Of a stretch of 41,339 nt of DNA, positions 41,267 through 41,339 are shown piece after piece. Position numbers and translations under genes: made by a program. The stretch is from NCBI GenBank assembly GCA_964361585.1, contig CAYIBB010000001.1, positions 36,116-77,454 of the forward strand, in the 5' to 3' direction. Source of the stretch: Candidatus Woesearchaeota archaeon (GTDB lineage Archaea > Nanobdellota > Nanobdellia > Pacearchaeales > UBA12030). The number at the start of each line of letters is the position of its first letter. Within the stretch, counting starts at the first letter, position 1. Under the pieces are notes generated by a model. The model saw nothing but the letters and a program-made list of their open reading frames with translations, did no database searches and was not told where the DNA came from.

Positions 41267-41339
41267 ATGGTTAACCAGATTCTATATCCTCAAGAGGTAG
41301 AAGTATTCTATGTAATTCCAACTATTAGGAAAGAACTTG
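41267..41339 (+). CDS. 5' end of a CDS running out of the window; possibly an archaeal HTH regulator
   Basis: ATG 41267 lies about 20 nt downstream of TATA-like cttatatatttt. It reads MVNQILYPQEVEVFYVIPTIRKEL and is open to the window edge. The N-terminal pattern faintly recalls COG2522-type regulators. Confidence 0.35.
   Translation, partial: MVNQILYPQEVEVFYVIPTIRKEL

Noticed and set aside
1-41339. Prophage, integrative element or defence island spanning part of the window
   Set aside because: I recognised no integrase, transposase, terminal repeats flanking a block, capsid or terminase, restriction-modification, Cas, or abortive-infection-type genes. The tRNA is not followed by an integrase. 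Gene content is mostly housekeeping.

Overview
AT-rich archaeal chromosomal segment. Archaeal hallmarks are Orc1/Cdc6, both subunits of family-D DNA polymerase, a short archaeal-type TyrRS, a TrmB regulator, an intron-containing tRNA, and BRE/TATA-like promoters close to start codons. Left to right: a partial secreted CAP-domain gene; a stand-alone Csa3-like CARF-wHTH regulator; a truncated carbamoyltransferase-like remnant; and a convergent pair of paralogous coiled-coil/wHTH genes whose middles are arrays of short, helically phased DNA repeats. Next come an Lhr helicase and metallophosphoesterase pair separated by a frameshifted RHH gene, a class-II tRNA (probably Ser-CGA) that needs two introns to fold, small hypothetical genes, and argS. 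A replication island follows: an AT-rich origin-like spacer with ORB-like boxes, then orc1/cdc6 and PolD DP1 and DP2. After that are a secreted 3D-domain (MltA-like) protein, TrmB, a TctA-like permease and tyrS. A polyamine cluster follows (AdoMet decarboxylase, two tandem DUF43/BpsA-like genes, agmatinase), then ThpR, a short XPF nuclease and a cation/H+ antiporter. The right end is a lipoate-dependent amino-acid catabolism block: two LplA-family genes, 2-oxoacid dehydrogenase E2, E1beta and E1alpha, a thioredoxin-like protein, a Glu/Leu/Phe/Val dehydrogenase, a ferredoxin and an M17 aminopeptidase, followed by endonuclease IV. I found no rRNA, CRISPR array, cas genes, transposase, integrase or recognisable defence or toxin system. 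The window looks mostly like core chromosome. The most unusual signal is at 2.9-4.5 kb. There the repeat arrays (GTCCAAAC at 12-nt period; TGTCGA[AG] at 11-nt period) sit inside the reading frames of the two wHTH paralogs, one array is repeated in the intergenic spacer, and an origin-recognition-box-like element lies inside one of the genes. All family assignments come from motif recognition by eye, not from searches.
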